Shown here: positions 13,401 through 25,947 of the stretch, piece by piece | How positions within the stretch are numbered: the first letter of the stretch is position 1 | How the letters are laid out: the number at the start of each line of letters is the position of its first letter | From: Lytechinus pictus | Lineage: Eukaryota | NCBI RefSeq assembly: GCF_037042905.1 | Contig: NC_087246.1 | Location: forward strand, 2,606,001-2,670,000 | Direction: 5' to 3' | DNA: 64,000 nt | Notes under the pieces: generated by a model | What the model was told of the DNA's origin: nothing | What the model saw: only the letters and a program-made list of their open reading frames with translations | Databases searched by the model: none | Position numbers and translations under genes: made by a program

Positions 13401-16400
13401 AAAATTTTGCTATGAAGAGTAGGTCACCAGTTGTGTGGTAAGTTGTGCGCAACTTCTGAATACTTTTATGAAAAACCTCCAAGGTAATTGGTTCAAGACT
13501 ATTGTATTGGTCACTGCATTATCTGTCTTTTATTATTATTATTATTATGGTGGTTTCTTTCTTTATTTCTTGATTGTATAGATTTGTAGCCTTCCATAAT
13601 GTGAGGATACCGAGAGAGAATTTATTGAATAGACTTGGTGATGTGACAGAGAAAGGAGAATTTGTTACCCCAATTGAGGTTAGTTATAGCTATCAAGCTA
13701 AAGCTAGTTTTATTGAGAGATGGCATTGTATTCAGCTGTGACATTTACATGTACAATCATGAGTCATTGATTGCAATGGTTTCCATTCCATGTTGTTTGT
13801 GGATTGTGGATCATTATTTAACTTCACCTTTGCTTGAGCAAAGACTGGACGTTGTTATACATTTTTACTCATTATTTTGCAATTAATCCACTTCCATTCT
13901 TATGGCTTATGGCTCATTCTCTCTCCATTTTGTAGAATACACTGAAAAGTGCAATCATAATTTATGTTCATATTTGTTTGTTTCTTGTGTAATATTAAAA
14001 CTCTTTGTATTGTCAAACATGTCCTGTTATGTTGGGGTAATTCTATTCAGCCTTATTTGGATCAATGAAGACAAAAATTATTGTTAAATCTATTTCAGGA
14101 TCCGAAGGAGAGATTTGGGGCTACTTTAGCTGCATTATCAGGAGGAAGGGTGGGAATCACATCCATCGCAGTCTGTAACCTTAGACTAGCTATCTCAATC
14201 GCTGTCCGCTACTCTGCAGTCAGAAGACAGTTTGGACCCACCTCTGAGGAGGAGCTACCTGTCTTAGAATACCAGATGCAGGTAACTAGTGTTTATCATG
14301 CTTTCTTCCTTTTTTTTATTGTATATATATGTTTTTTTTTAATAAATCATGATATTTCTATCAATAATTCAATTCTCTTTTAGGAATACAATTTTTATTG
14401 CAGACCTTAGCTTTAAAGTACAAGGCCACTTTTCAATAGGTCGCATTTCTATTTCAGCACAAATAATTTTAAAGGGCACCAAAAAAAAAATCCAAGGCTA
14501 ATGAGAGAGGCCAATCATAAACCACTATTAAATATTCAATATTTTCAATATCGCATTATATCAATATATCGTCCAGTGCTTCTTGTAATGATTTCAGTGT
14601 TTATTATGAATTTCAAAATTTTGATTCCTATCATTTCTCTCTCAGCAATGGAGATTGATTCCATACATAGCTGCTGCATTTGTTGCATTCCGACTGGCAG
14701 AAAACATCAATCTACAATATTCCAGGCTAGTAACAGCAGTCTCCACCGGGGATAAGACTATCAATGCAGTGAGTTCACATGATTTAATCTTTATAGAAAG
14801 ATTATATGTGGATGGTCTATTTAGCTGTTTTAACAGAATGATGTAATCGTCGATTATTTGATGAATTGTTAGTGTTACTGAGGTATAGAGGTAAAATGTA
14901 ATTTCATTTTTTTGTACCTTATGAAATGAGAAAATGTATTACATAACAATGTTACAATGACATGTGTAAAGGAAAACTGAATGATTCTCTATATTCAGCC
15001 TATTCCATGATTCCCATAGACTTGGAACAGGAAGTGCTTAATAGTTCAGGAAGGCAATAAGTAAATTTGTGACCTGCCACCCTAAAACCAATGCTAAGTT
15101 ACCCACAGTGAGTTGAGTTATGATATTACTGAGCTTTAAAAACACTTCTTAAGCTTTAAAATGAGATACATGTCAAAATTGATCAACAAAACCCGACACA
15201 AATGTTAAAGAAAATTTGAGGGTCCAATCAGGGATGAGATGTACATGATGTGCACACTGTGCAATCTTAGTGAAACTTCCAAGGAGTTCAGAAAAAGTGG
15301 TGTCACAGAAATTATTGGATCTCATGTTTTGTTTAACTATACAGCTTCAACTTTTGGCAGAATGAAGAAGAATATTTGTTCTTTCATACATGTACATGCT
15401 AATTTTTTTATTTTCACTCTTTGAAGACCAAATTGCTAGTTTGGATGTGTTCAAAGAAGTTCAGAATTGAACCATCCATGGCAACATATTATTGGTTTTC
15501 AGGTGGCTGGTTACATTTATAAACTAAAGAAAACTTTCCTTACAACAAAAATACAACTACTACGGAAAATTTATGATGACCCAATGCAACCACTGGATGG
15601 TGATTGATAACTTATATCGTGGATACAGTGCAAAATTACACAAACCAATACATATATCTGTACTTTTTTATTATTAGCTGGAGATGGGTAAAGAGATCCA
15701 TGTAATGTCTAGTGCTTCTAAACCTCTTAGTAGCTGGCTAGCCAGGGACTGTATACAGGAATGCAGGGAGGCATGCGGAGGTCATGGATACTTGTGGGGT
15801 AAGTGGAAGGACTCTAGTGTTTTCCAGTCACAGTTTTTCAATCTGTTTTCTTCTTTAGCCATTTTATTCAATCTTTGGACGAATATTCTTGATAATTCTT
15901 ATCAAAGCTCTTTACCATCTGATTGTAATAAAAGGCATGTATATAGTGCCATCAATTCCGAGGCGCATTGATATTATTATTACCTTGGCTTTAGCTCAAG
16001 CTGCCTTCCAGTGCTCAGTGCATTCAACAAATTAATCCTGCCGGGTACCCGTTCAGTTCATATGGGTTGAGTGCAGCACAACTGAGAATTATTAGAAGAT
16101 ATTAATTTATAATCAAACTCACCATTATCTATTTTTTTTCTTCTTCATGCAGTGAACAGATTTGGCATATTGAGGGATGACAATGACCCTAACTGTACCT
16201 ATGAAGGTGATAACAATGTGTTATTACAACAGACCAGTAATTACTTACTTCATATGGCTCTCAGGTTACAGAAAGGTGAGTTAATTTGAAATCTGTTTCA
16301 CAATGAGATTTGTTTGCTCGAGATGATGCAAGCCCAATTGTATTTCCAAAGTTGGTAATATATGCTTGAGTATGCAATGTATTCCTGTGTTACTCTACAA

Positions 16401-19400
16401 AGTAATGTATGTGTTTCCTCAGGGTTCCCAAAGTAATGGAAAATCCTGGAAAAAATTGTCATGGAAAGCCAGGGAAAAGTCAGGGAATTTGGAAAATTTG
16501 TGAAAAGTCATGGAATTGCATTTACCTCTTGGCTGTGGCAGCTTTCCAGTTTGTCATGTCTCGCAACTTGCTTACTCTGTGACCATACTCTGCTATTATA
16601 ATTGGTGTTCATGATTTCCATTTTTCTCAATTTTGTGCATCCCAAATTCTACATAACTCCCGGGACGTCACGGGAAGTCATGGAAAGCAGCGATTTAGTC
16701 ATGGAAAAGTCATGGAAAATTCATGGAATTCTGTTTTTAAATTTCTGTGGGAACCCTGTTCCTATCTGTATCACTTTGACCATTTTGTAAAGAGGGGTTA
16801 TCCATTAAATGTAACACTCACAAAAAAGGCCATGTACCCTATTGTATTCAATACAGAATGCAGTTTGGAATTGAAAATAGTTCCTATGTAGGAAATGTTT
16901 ATTTTTGTAGTTCAAAGTGTCTTCCTCTTTGTTCTAGGGTGTTTTTTAGAACAATGTAGCATCATTTGAGAGAGTCCATTAAAATATTACATACACATCT
17001 TCTGTACATGTACTCTGTCTGATAATGATGAACAGCATTTGTATAGTGCCATTTATCTGTAAAAAAATATATATATATTAAAAGGTAGCTGGCTCCCCAA
17101 TATGTCTCACATTGTTCAAACAGTTGCTGGAAAAGATTTGAAGGACCCAATGTTGGTACAATCACACAAAGTTGGATTTTTGGATCATATGAAAATGATC
17201 GATATAAAGTAATGATAAGTATGAACATTTGATGTACATAATGTATAAAAAAAAATGTTAAACACTGTTTATCTTGTCAGGCAAAAAGGTTTCATCTCCA
17301 CTGGGCTCAGTAGATTTTCTGAATTCAGCTGATTCCATTGCTAAGCAGAAGTTCTCATCATCAAGTTATGAAGATGTTCAGAAACCAACTGGTAAGTCAA
17401 GAAAGTTATTCTCTTTTACAATCTAACATCTTTTACCAGCTGCATCTTTTGCCCAATTTACCTTTACACTGGTTTTCTATTTTATTTCATTTCATTTTGA
17501 TCAGACAAATCTTAATCAATAATCATACATGATTACAAAGAGATGATTCCCCCAATATTGACTGCTAGCCTATAAATTGATGTTATGAATATTTGAAAAA
17601 ATAAAAAGAAATCCAAGCCAGACTACTTGTAAAGGTTTCTGCGACTAACCTCACCAGAGCTTTGGAAAGTAGTGTTTTTCTAGTTGTTTGGCCCATGAGA
17701 TAAAAAAAAAAAATCCAATGGTATTTAAATATGTTCCAAAGACAATCAAATTACCATAATAGTATGCAATAGGACCTAGTCCTCCTCAGATGCCTTTATG
17801 AGTTGGGACCTAGATCTCAAACCAAATTTCCAATGTAACACCAAGAATGTCATTTGAATTGTAAATCACATTAGTCTAGTATCCTCACTGACCTGATTAC
17901 TGTTTTTTTTTTCTGTCTCTTAGTTCTCCTGGATGCCTATCAGTGGTTGGTTGTCTATCTTCTGCAGGAAAGTGGTCAGAAGTTTCAGTCTCAGTTGATG
18001 GATGGCAACGACATGTTCACTGCTAGGAACGAGACCCAGGTCTTCTTTTGTCGGACCCTCTCTATCGGATTCATTGAGGTATGAATGCGGGAGGATATAA
18101 TTGCTGCAATGCAATGGGGGGGGGGGGCATACAGGTGGCGCTATAAAAACATAACATACTAACTTGTAATTGCAATCTAGTTGCAAGTAGTTTTACCGGG
18201 ATATCATGAAGGCATTGCTATCTATATGTTAACGATTAGAGTAATGTCCGATTTGCCAATCATTGCATGCTTCTTCTGAACACTTACAAAATTTTTGAGT
18301 TAAAGTAACTTGCAAAACTCTCTGTGAAATGTTCAACAGATATTTAGCACATTTAATAGATATATGATCTTAGATGAATTTCAAAAATGCATGTATATAT
18401 CTGTTTGAATATGGCAATGAACAATTTTTCACCCATTCTTTTTTTATTTTACCTTTGGCAGTATGTGGCTTTGTCACAATTTGTGGATTTTATCAAGACC
18501 GGTGATCTGATACCTGAGCAAACTGCAGTTCTCACTAAACTCTGTAGTCTCTACGGTCTTTGGAGTCTTGAGAAACATATGGCCACTCTTTATCAAGGTG
18601 AGTTTGTGTGAAGTTATATCTATTGTAGGAGGATTGTCTGATTCATTCTAGGTTTCAAAATGTGATCACTATTTCCCTTGGAGACTGCTATCCTCACTAA
18701 ACTCTGTAGTCTGTACAGTCTCCGGAGTCTTGAAAAAAACATATGGCTACTCTCTATCAAGTTGAGTTAGTTTGGAGCTTTGATTGGCTGAATGGGAAGG
18801 TTGCAGACCTGCCCATGCACCAATAGATTCATAGGGTTAATCAGATTCACAAATTTGAGGCAGTTCAGAGGAAAGCAGCATGAATTGTAATGTACAGTTT
18901 TCAATAGTAGGAAAGTGTCGCCTCAATGCTGACTTGCCTGAAATTTAGGAAATTCTAAAATGCAAGCGGGAAATATTTATATGTCATGTGGTCATGTGTA
19001 AAATGCACTTAAGGGTAGTGTTGGACCCAAGTAAGATGACTGCATGAAGATGTCCCTGGGGTCACAGACAAGGAACACCATAATGAACAGAGAAATATCC
19101 TTCGTCAGAAAGGATGTCTAAAAATACTCTCTGTTTTCTGAGGTCTTATTGTTATTAGAAATTGCTCTTAATAATTTAGATAGACGAACCAAACAAAACT
19201 ACAACTTTGTTCCCAGATAGTGTTTACATGAAATTTTTATGAATTGTCAGTCAACTAATGTTGATGGAACACTCTTCTGATCCACTCTAAACTGAATTTG
19301 ATCTGTTTGTATTCTTACAACCCTTCAAGGTGGATACATATCTGGATCACACCCTGCCAGCCTGTTCAGAGATTCTATCCTGAAGCTTTGTAGAGAGCTT

Positions 19401-20588
19401 AAAGATGAAGCCGTAGCCCTAATTGATGTCTTAGCCCCTCCAGACTTCATCCTCGACTCACCAATTGGTGCTTCAGACGGACAGGTGGGTCAGGGTTTTG
19501 TGCATTTACATTAGCTCAAGTATCTTTATATCATCTCGGAGCCTACAAGACCAACAATTTTGAAAAATTTGAACATGGAAATTTTCTCTATATTTTCCAT
19601 TCACTACACCCAGGGCTATGTCAGGATACCAATGAACATGAGGTACAGGGGGAGGGGTGCAGGTTTTTCCCCCCAAGTCCATGGACTAATTTAATTAAAG
19701 TTTTTAACTTTGTTTCTTTGAATACTACTAGTAGTCATCTATCAAATAAACAAAATGCATGAAATGCTATACCCAGAAATATATTTGAAATTTGTTATAA
19801 TTGTACAGGATTATGTGAACTTGTATATTTACCAAAATAATTATTACCAATATGTTGCTTTTGGTCCATTAAAATTGACACACTTATATATTTTTTTTGG
19901 GGGGAGTGGTATTAATGGGCAATCTTGAAATGCACAGGAAATTTTAGGGCAACTACGTAATTAATGTTTTTTAGCAGTTTATGGAGCATTAGATCTTCAA
20001 GCATTTGTTTATTACATAATTCAAAGGGTTGATCTTTTTAATGAATTATTGAAATGTGCTGTCGATTCTCTATATGTTAACATCATAGATCAATAAATGC
20101 ATATAATAAAGGAGTAGGAATATTGAATGGAATCGCTGTACTGTGATTGACATTTTCTAGCTTCCATTGTCATTCTTAGGAGCAGAATGACAACGCTATC
20201 CACCAGACTCAAAGCTGCCTTGAGAGACCTTCTTGGTGGAAGGAATTCCATGATAAACCAGCTGTTGGTTACTTCCCTCCTGCAAAGCTCTGAATAATAA
20301 ATATTGTCTTGTTTTTAGGTTTACAAATGTCTTTACAATGGCATCCTCCAGACTCCAAACTGCCTTGAGAGACCTTCTTGGTGGAAAGAATTCCTGGATA
20401 AACCAGCTGTTGGTTACTTCCCTCCTTCAAAGCTCTAAACCATATAATTTATTGTCTTTTGTTTTCAGGTTTACAAACGTCTTTACAATGCCATCCTCCA
20501 GACTCCAAACTGCCTTGAGAGACCTTCTTGGTGGAAGGAATTCCTGGATAAACCAGCTGTTGGTTCCTTACATCCTGCAAAGCTCTAA
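7464..20588 (+). CDS. ACOX3: Peroxisomal acyl-CoA oxidase 3 (pristanoyl-CoA oxidase-like), complete, about 705 aa, 15 coding exons
   Basis: Exons 7464-7634, 9889-10113, 10545-10619, 11391-11480, 12209-12441, 13582-13678, 14099-14281, 14646-14768, 15678-15798, 16153-16275, 17281-17391, 17924-18078, 18462-18597, 19330-19484, then a terminal exon (20180-20293, 20319-20438 or 20469-20588). All introns are GT-AG and phases are consistent (666 codons before the last exon). Motifs: [21 protein letters not shown] (ACOX3-type N-terminus), [58 protein letters not shown] (catalytic Glu), [18 protein letters not shown] and a C-terminal PTS1. Confidence 0.96.
8354..9379. mobile_element. Non-autonomous DNA transposon in ACOX3 intron 1
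   Basis: TIRs CCG(G)nTCGCTCTCCACATGG and CCATGTGGAGAGTGA(C)nGGG; 8-bp direct repeat TCAATTTG at 8346-8353 and 9380-9387; internal repeated ttagggtg motifs; no coding capacity. Confidence 0.85.
10640..11032. mobile_element. Degenerate MITE in ACOX3 intron 3
   Basis: Imperfect inverted ends aagcctggct...tgtttcagctgc and gcagctgaaaca...agccaggctt. Confidence 0.55.
15069..15514. mobile_element. MITE with 4-bp ATTT target duplication (possibly Sola-like)
   Basis: Imperfect TIRs gtgacctgccaccctaaaaccaat and attggttttcaggtggctggttac, with ATTT on both flanks. The superfamily is a guess from TSD length. Confidence 0.55.
15935..16080 (-). mobile_element. SINE-like fragment
   Basis: L2-type tail motif (tatatagtgcc...gcgc) followed by attattacc...gggtacccgttca...gggttgagtgcagcaca, resembling deuterostome SINE bodies as I recall them; not database-checked. 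Confidence 0.4.
16420..16758. mobile_element. MITE in ACOX3 intron 10
   Basis: TIRs CAGGGTTCCCA and TGGGAACCCTG; flanking 5-bp direct repeat TTCCT; many internal gtcatggaaa subrepeats. Confidence 0.8.
18684..18768 (+). pseudogene. Decayed tandem copy of the 3' half of ACOX3 exon 13
   Basis: Aligns to 18523-18603 (ctcactaaactctgtagtct...acatatggc.actct.tatcaag). The donor is changed from GTGAGT to TTGAGT and an A-run expansion shifts the frame. Confidence 0.85.
20180..20293 (+). CDS. ACOX3: ACOX3 terminal exon copy A ([37 protein letters not shown])
   Basis: Acceptor cattcttAG at 20171-20179, phase 0, open frame, PTS1 AKL, AATAAA at 20296-20301. The 5' part is diverged from copies B and C. 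Confidence 0.5.
   Translation, partial: EQNDNAIHQTQSCLERPSWWKEFHDKPAVGYFPPAKL
20319..20438 (+). CDS. ACOX3: ACOX3 terminal exon copy B ([39 protein letters not shown])
   Basis: Acceptor gtttttAG at 20311-20318, phase 0, open frame, PTS1 SKL. Confidence 0.7.
   Translation, partial: VYKCLYNGILQTPNCLERPSWWKEFLDKPAVGYFPPSKL
20469..20588 (+). CDS. ACOX3: ACOX3 terminal exon copy C ([39 protein letters not shown])
   Basis: Acceptor gttttcAG at 20461-20468, phase 0, open frame, PTS1 AKL; followed by unique 3' UTR with AATAAA at 20892 and 20900. Confidence 0.8.
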   Translation, partial: VYKRLYNAILQTPNCLERPSWWKEFLDKPAVGSLHPAKL

Positions 20589-21015
20589 GCAACCCAGAAG
20601 AAACAATTCACCATTTTTATCAGTACAGTGTTCACAAAAATCTGAACACCTACCCAAGTTGATTCAGCACTGTGAAGCTAAGTATATCAAATTTACATGC
20701 ATTTATGTACCTTGCCATTGATTTGTAATTTTCATGGAGAATCATACTTCTTAATTATTTTTGTTAATACTTGTATGTTCAAAATGTTTTTCTGTATCAA
20801 ATGTCAACCAAACTGTGTGTTGCATGTTAATATACCAAGTACTTGATTTGTTTTATAGATCCCAGCTATTTTTATATTGATATGTTCTTACAATAAAAGA
20901 ATAAATCTGAATTGATAAGAGATTTAATGATATGTATGAAAATGAAAAAGGAAGTTGCAATATATAAAACTATATTTCTATTTTAAATTCTTCAATTGTA
21001 CATGTAGTTCATTAA

Positions 21016-21751
21016 CCCTAAAAGGACTGGGGGGGCATGATGGCCCCCCTCGACGCTTCGTGCAATATTTCCGTAACGCAAAAAGATAGCACCGAAAACT
21101 TTTCTGACTTTTTCTTTGTAGTCTCGCGCAACTTTTGAGACCAAATTCGCGACATACAGGTATAGCATCGTGACGTCACATGACTTTTTACGAGACAATG
21201 TCATGCCGAAAATGGCTCATTTTTATACTTTGTGTACAAGTCTTTTGGAGATGAAATTCATAAAAGGTGATTATTTTTCGTTCTAATCGGTCTGCTTAAT
21301 TAATTTGGAATTTTGTTTAGTTGTTAAATGGTCTTTAATAATTTCCATTGAAAAAACAATGAAAAACAAAAGATGAAAAAACTACGAAATACATAATAAA
21401 TTCTTAAAACAAAGAAATACATAAAGAAAAAATTGGCTTTCGCAAATTTTTTTGTGGAAACCTTTAAATTAGATTACAAAGATGAGATCTGCCAAAAAAG
21501 AAGAAAATTTGAAGTGAAATTGGGTGTTAAATATGCAAATAATGTTTTTCATGAATAAATTTGCATATTTTATTCATAATAAAAAAATTATTATTTTCAG
21601 ATTTTTTTATACTATCTTGTAGTTTATGTGGTAAGGAATGTGCGTGCCAAATTTCGGCGCGATCGCGCGAACGGCTGCCGAGATCAGAAGGGGGGCCATC
21701 AGGCCCCCCCCCAGTCCTCAATACATCTCAAATAACCCAGTTCTTTTAGGG
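21016..21751. mobile_element. piggyBac-like MITE
   Basis: TTAA at 21012-21015 and 21752-21755; TIRs CCCTAAAAGGACTGGG and CCCAGTTCTTTTAGGG; subterminal GGGGGC...GCCCCC palindromes. Confidence 0.88.
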
Positions 21752-22357
21752 TTAAGGTATGGGCATCTTTTATGTAATACTGTCAATTTCTTTACAAGAG
21801 AAATTATATATGCACATATTGAAATTATTTTTTATGCCTCAGGCAAGTGATGGGCTGTCTGTCTCAGTTTTATTCTTACTATTATATATAAGTTTTGGAA
21901 GATTTGATTGATAAGTAATTCATTTACATTCCCTTGAATGGTATTTTACTGTTCATCCTAAACAAATATATGGACAACAAATTTATGAGGGATAATAATG
22001 ATATGTTGATCATTGTCCAAATATTAGTATCTGAAGAGCAACCCTGCGCAGCAAACCTCTGATGATTGTGGCATAAATAACAAGAAAATAATTTACAAGG
22101 TGAATTTTCAATTGATTGCTTTTCACCTCTATATTTACCATTTGCCTGGACAGTGACAAAATCACTGTCACTGGTGTAAAAAGAATATATTATCATTGAT
22201 ACTTCTTGTTCATTTCATGAATTATGTTGAGAATAAAAGTTTCGCAACAAAAGATCCAATAATATTTTTCTTTCACATTTCATAAGGTCTGTTTTAATGT
22301 TTTTGTTAGATGCTGTTATTTGTTTGGATACAAACTTTTTATATAAATTTATAAAGT

Positions 22358-22520
22358 ACTACTACTAATAATAATAATCCGCTCTTATATAGCACTTAAT
22401 ACATCGGAACAACGTATCTAAGCGCTTTACAGATATATGATTACCCCGGTCATCGTATTCAATCAGTCATTCCCGCACACAATGTGTGCACATCCTCCAC
22501 TTCCTTGTGAGTATTCCCGT
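22358..22520 (-). mobile_element. 3' end of a SINE/LINE with an L2-type tail
   Basis: (AAT)n tail followed by cttatatagcactt...taagcgctttaca, the same tail architecture as the LINE at 3941. Confidence 0.5.
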
Positions 22521-24296
22521 CTGCCAAATTCATTTGATTAAAGCCAATTCTTTTCAATTGGAAAGTATTAATGTTTATATAAATATTTTGATACTTTATT
22601 ACATTGCTAGTTCTTGTTTCAAAGAATTCATGGGGGAACATGCAGAGGCGACCTTGTGGAAATTCTCTTCCATAGAGTTTGCAACCACCTTTAGGGGCAA
22701 TCTGAACACATACCTGTATAAGGGATTTTTTTTGACAGACAACCATTTATGTATTCATATTTAAAGGTTGAACATGTACTGTATATTTTTTTCTGTTATT
22801 TGATCTGAAGCACCTTAAGGATCTAATGAGAATGGTAAGTGTGCTATATATGTAAATCCTATGTATTATAATTTTTATTATATTTTTTTTCATTATTACT
22901 ATTAGTAGTAGTAGTAATAGTATTATTATTAAAAACACCACAACACGGGCCTTATCACTACATTACTCCTGAGATTATTTAAAAGAGTAATTGATAAAAG
23001 AAAATCTACAAAATGAATGTATTCTACGTGTGCCAATTAAATGAAAATACTTACTAACTGCAAAATAAAGAATCTTAAACTGTGGTATGTTAAAGAGTTT
23101 TTGTGTGATGAGCAAAATTATTTATTTCAGAAGTTTGACAGCTCAACATAAAAGAAAAAGGACTTAATACTTCATGTGTGCATGAGTAGGAGACATGTAT
23201 GGAGAGAAATATAGTGTGTGAAGGAGAAGGGGATTGGGATAATTGGAATAATAGAACATTGCAAAAGTTGTGTGCAACCATTTTATTTTTACGCATTTTT
23301 TGTTCAAGTTATTTTTGTTGTAACAAAGTAACCTTTATAAGGTGATGTTTTCTCTTTCCTGTTTTTCCCCAATATGAATGTGAAATCTGTCAATATTTAT
23401 TTTGTTTCATTACCTGTTCATCTCCCAGCTCTCTATCTCTATGCCCTAAGTGGCTCCATAAATGTGACCGTCATTCCCGGCATCACAAAATTAACATCAG
23501 GTTTCTCGCAAATTCATCGTAAAATCAATGTGTTGCACAATATTTTTTTAATAAAGAAACAAGCAGGAATGATTACAGACACAAAAGTGTTCATTTCTTT
23601 ATAATGTCTCATTTAATGAGTCATTTTAAAACAAATATTTTGTCATAATATGAAATTATTAATTGATATATTTACACATCAACATCTGCTGGATATATTC
23701 ACAATTCCAAATTGAAGACGCCCTAAAATATGATTGCGACGCCTGGATATGAAAAATACATGTTAGATAAACACAGGATTGAACAATGTAGTAGTGAATT
23801 TATACTGGCCCCCACTTGCACTCGTCTCCCCCTTCCATCTCTCCCTCTCTTACAATCACACCCCCCCCCCCCCCCGCACACACACACCGTCTTGTAATTT
23901 GACTATCGGGGACACCCTTATCATTAATCACCAGTGCGTTTTTTTTTTGTCTCGCACTAAAAAAATTGAATTCCACTAACCGGGCTGATTTTCTAACAAA
24001 ACCGGAGTTTAGTTTGCTAACCGGGGATGCTTCCTACTCCCTACATCCACAATTTGAGTTTAATTGTCCGAACGGGAACTTTTTACGAGTAACGAGTTTC
24101 CTATGTGAGACGATTGAAATGGGATGGTTTTCTGAACGTCCCAGGTTAATGAGTAATATGTAAGAAATAGGTCATTACAAATTGACACAGACTCATACAC
24201 ATCTATTTCCTTTTATGCTTTACACACACCCCGTCACTCAAACACACACCTTTCTCCCGTTATAGATCACGCACATATTCCATACACGTTATTTAT

Positions 24297-24462
24297 CAGG
24301 GCTCTGTATTAAACACAAAGAATAGCGATCAATCGCAAAATGAATGACCAAATCAATATCAATGATACATGCGCATTTGGTTTGAAATACTTACCAGGGA
24401 CCAATCAGTGCGGTTCTTTCATATTTGCAATCCATCGCAAACCTTTGTGTTACGGAGCCCAG
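24297..24462. mobile_element. Short MITE
   Basis: Imperfect TIRs cagggctctgta..aacacaaag and ctttgtgttacggagcccag. Confidence 0.7.
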
Positions 24463-24622
24463 GGGGGCGTTTCATGAAAGGACTTGTCGGACGTTTTATC
24501 CGACAAGTCCCATTTTATCCGACAGTTACCATAGGAACAGTGCCTCTCAGCCAATCAAAATCATGGAAAGATGTCAGATCTGACAACTTGTCGGATGAAA
24601 ATATTGATGAAACGCTCCCCTG
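24460..24622. mobile_element. Short MITE abutting the previous one (shared CAG)
   Basis: TIRs caggggggcgtttcat and atgaaacgctcccctg; a diverged inverted relative lies at 40717-40853. Confidence 0.75.
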
Positions 24623-25947
24623 ATCTTTCACACGCACACACACCCTTTTCTTCCATAGTTCACACGCACCCTTGCATACATATTCTTTTTCTCCATCTGT
24701 CTCGATCACCACCCTCACTTTTTCCCCCATCTCTCTTTTCTTTATGAGGTCGGTTCAGATATATCTTGCCTAGTTTTTTTCTTTTCCCGAGATGGATACT
24801 TTCCACATAAATATTCACCTAATTTCACGACCTTGTAGCTTAAGTTGTCAAATTAATTTTGCAAGCCGCTGAATCTTGCTTGTGACACTCTATGTATTGA
24901 TTACATGGCAGAAAATTGACAGGTTTTTTTTATATTCTTCCCGTTCATTGTGATTACTTGAGAAGAATGTTCTCTGACAGTCTTTTCCGTTAATATGCTT
25001 CAACAAAGTACAGAGTAATATTCACTTTTCTGTAATATCCCGCCTTATATATTGATTTTTTTTTTCAAAAAAATGTAAATATGTCTGTGTGCCATCGTTT
25101 TGTTTAGTAAAGTTTGCTTTGATTTGATTGAGACGAGAATGAGAATCGGTTCGCAGAGTTCAAAATCATGGTCATATCATGTACTCATACCAGTACTGAC
25201 CGAAGGTAACTTTTTTATTAAAACACTAAAAAAGTGGTGTAAGGTCATCAACATTTTTGAAGCAGTTTTTAATCTAATATTTTCTGAAAGAAAAAAAAAA
25301 ACCTCTCCAGCGGTTATATTTATAGTGCTTTCTCATACTTTTTCAACAGATATTTGCATTTGATATTAATTTTTTAAGTTGTCAAATTTATTGGGGGCGG
25401 CGAATCAATATATCTGCCCCTTCCTTATTTTCACGGGGGCACCCCCCCCCCTAGTTTCCTTCTTTTGAGTGTCAAATTAATTGCTTTCAAATAAAGTAAT
25501 TTGCAACAGCCATTCTTCTCAAGTTAGACCATTCTGCTAAAATATCACATTCTTGTGAATATTCGCATCATACATGCAACATTGGGTTAAAAAATATCAG
25601 TGTCTTCTATCTGTACATGTAGGCCTATATCATTAAAATCTTTAACACCACTCCGGAATTTTTATAAATATTTTTCACACAGAGTATAAAAGTTAGGAAG
25701 GAAAAAACAAAACTCATTCATCTTAGTTGTCGGGAACACCTGCTATTACAGTATATCAATAATAATTTCCAGCTTCTCCTTGGTCTCCTTAACCGCAATA
25801 TTCCTTTCTCCTCGAAAGTACCCTTTTAGTTCCTCTACGTCGTCTTTTAAAATACACAGGATTGGATCCCCGCACTGTTCCTGGAGGAGAATACCTACGA
25901 AAATGTTGCTGAAAGAACGCGATTACCTTACGTTCGGTAAATTTGTC

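Noticed and set aside
20338..20721. 127-aa ORF with an internal repeat ([16 protein letters not shown]...)
   Set aside because: It is an alternate-frame reading of the duplicated ACOX3 terminal exons.
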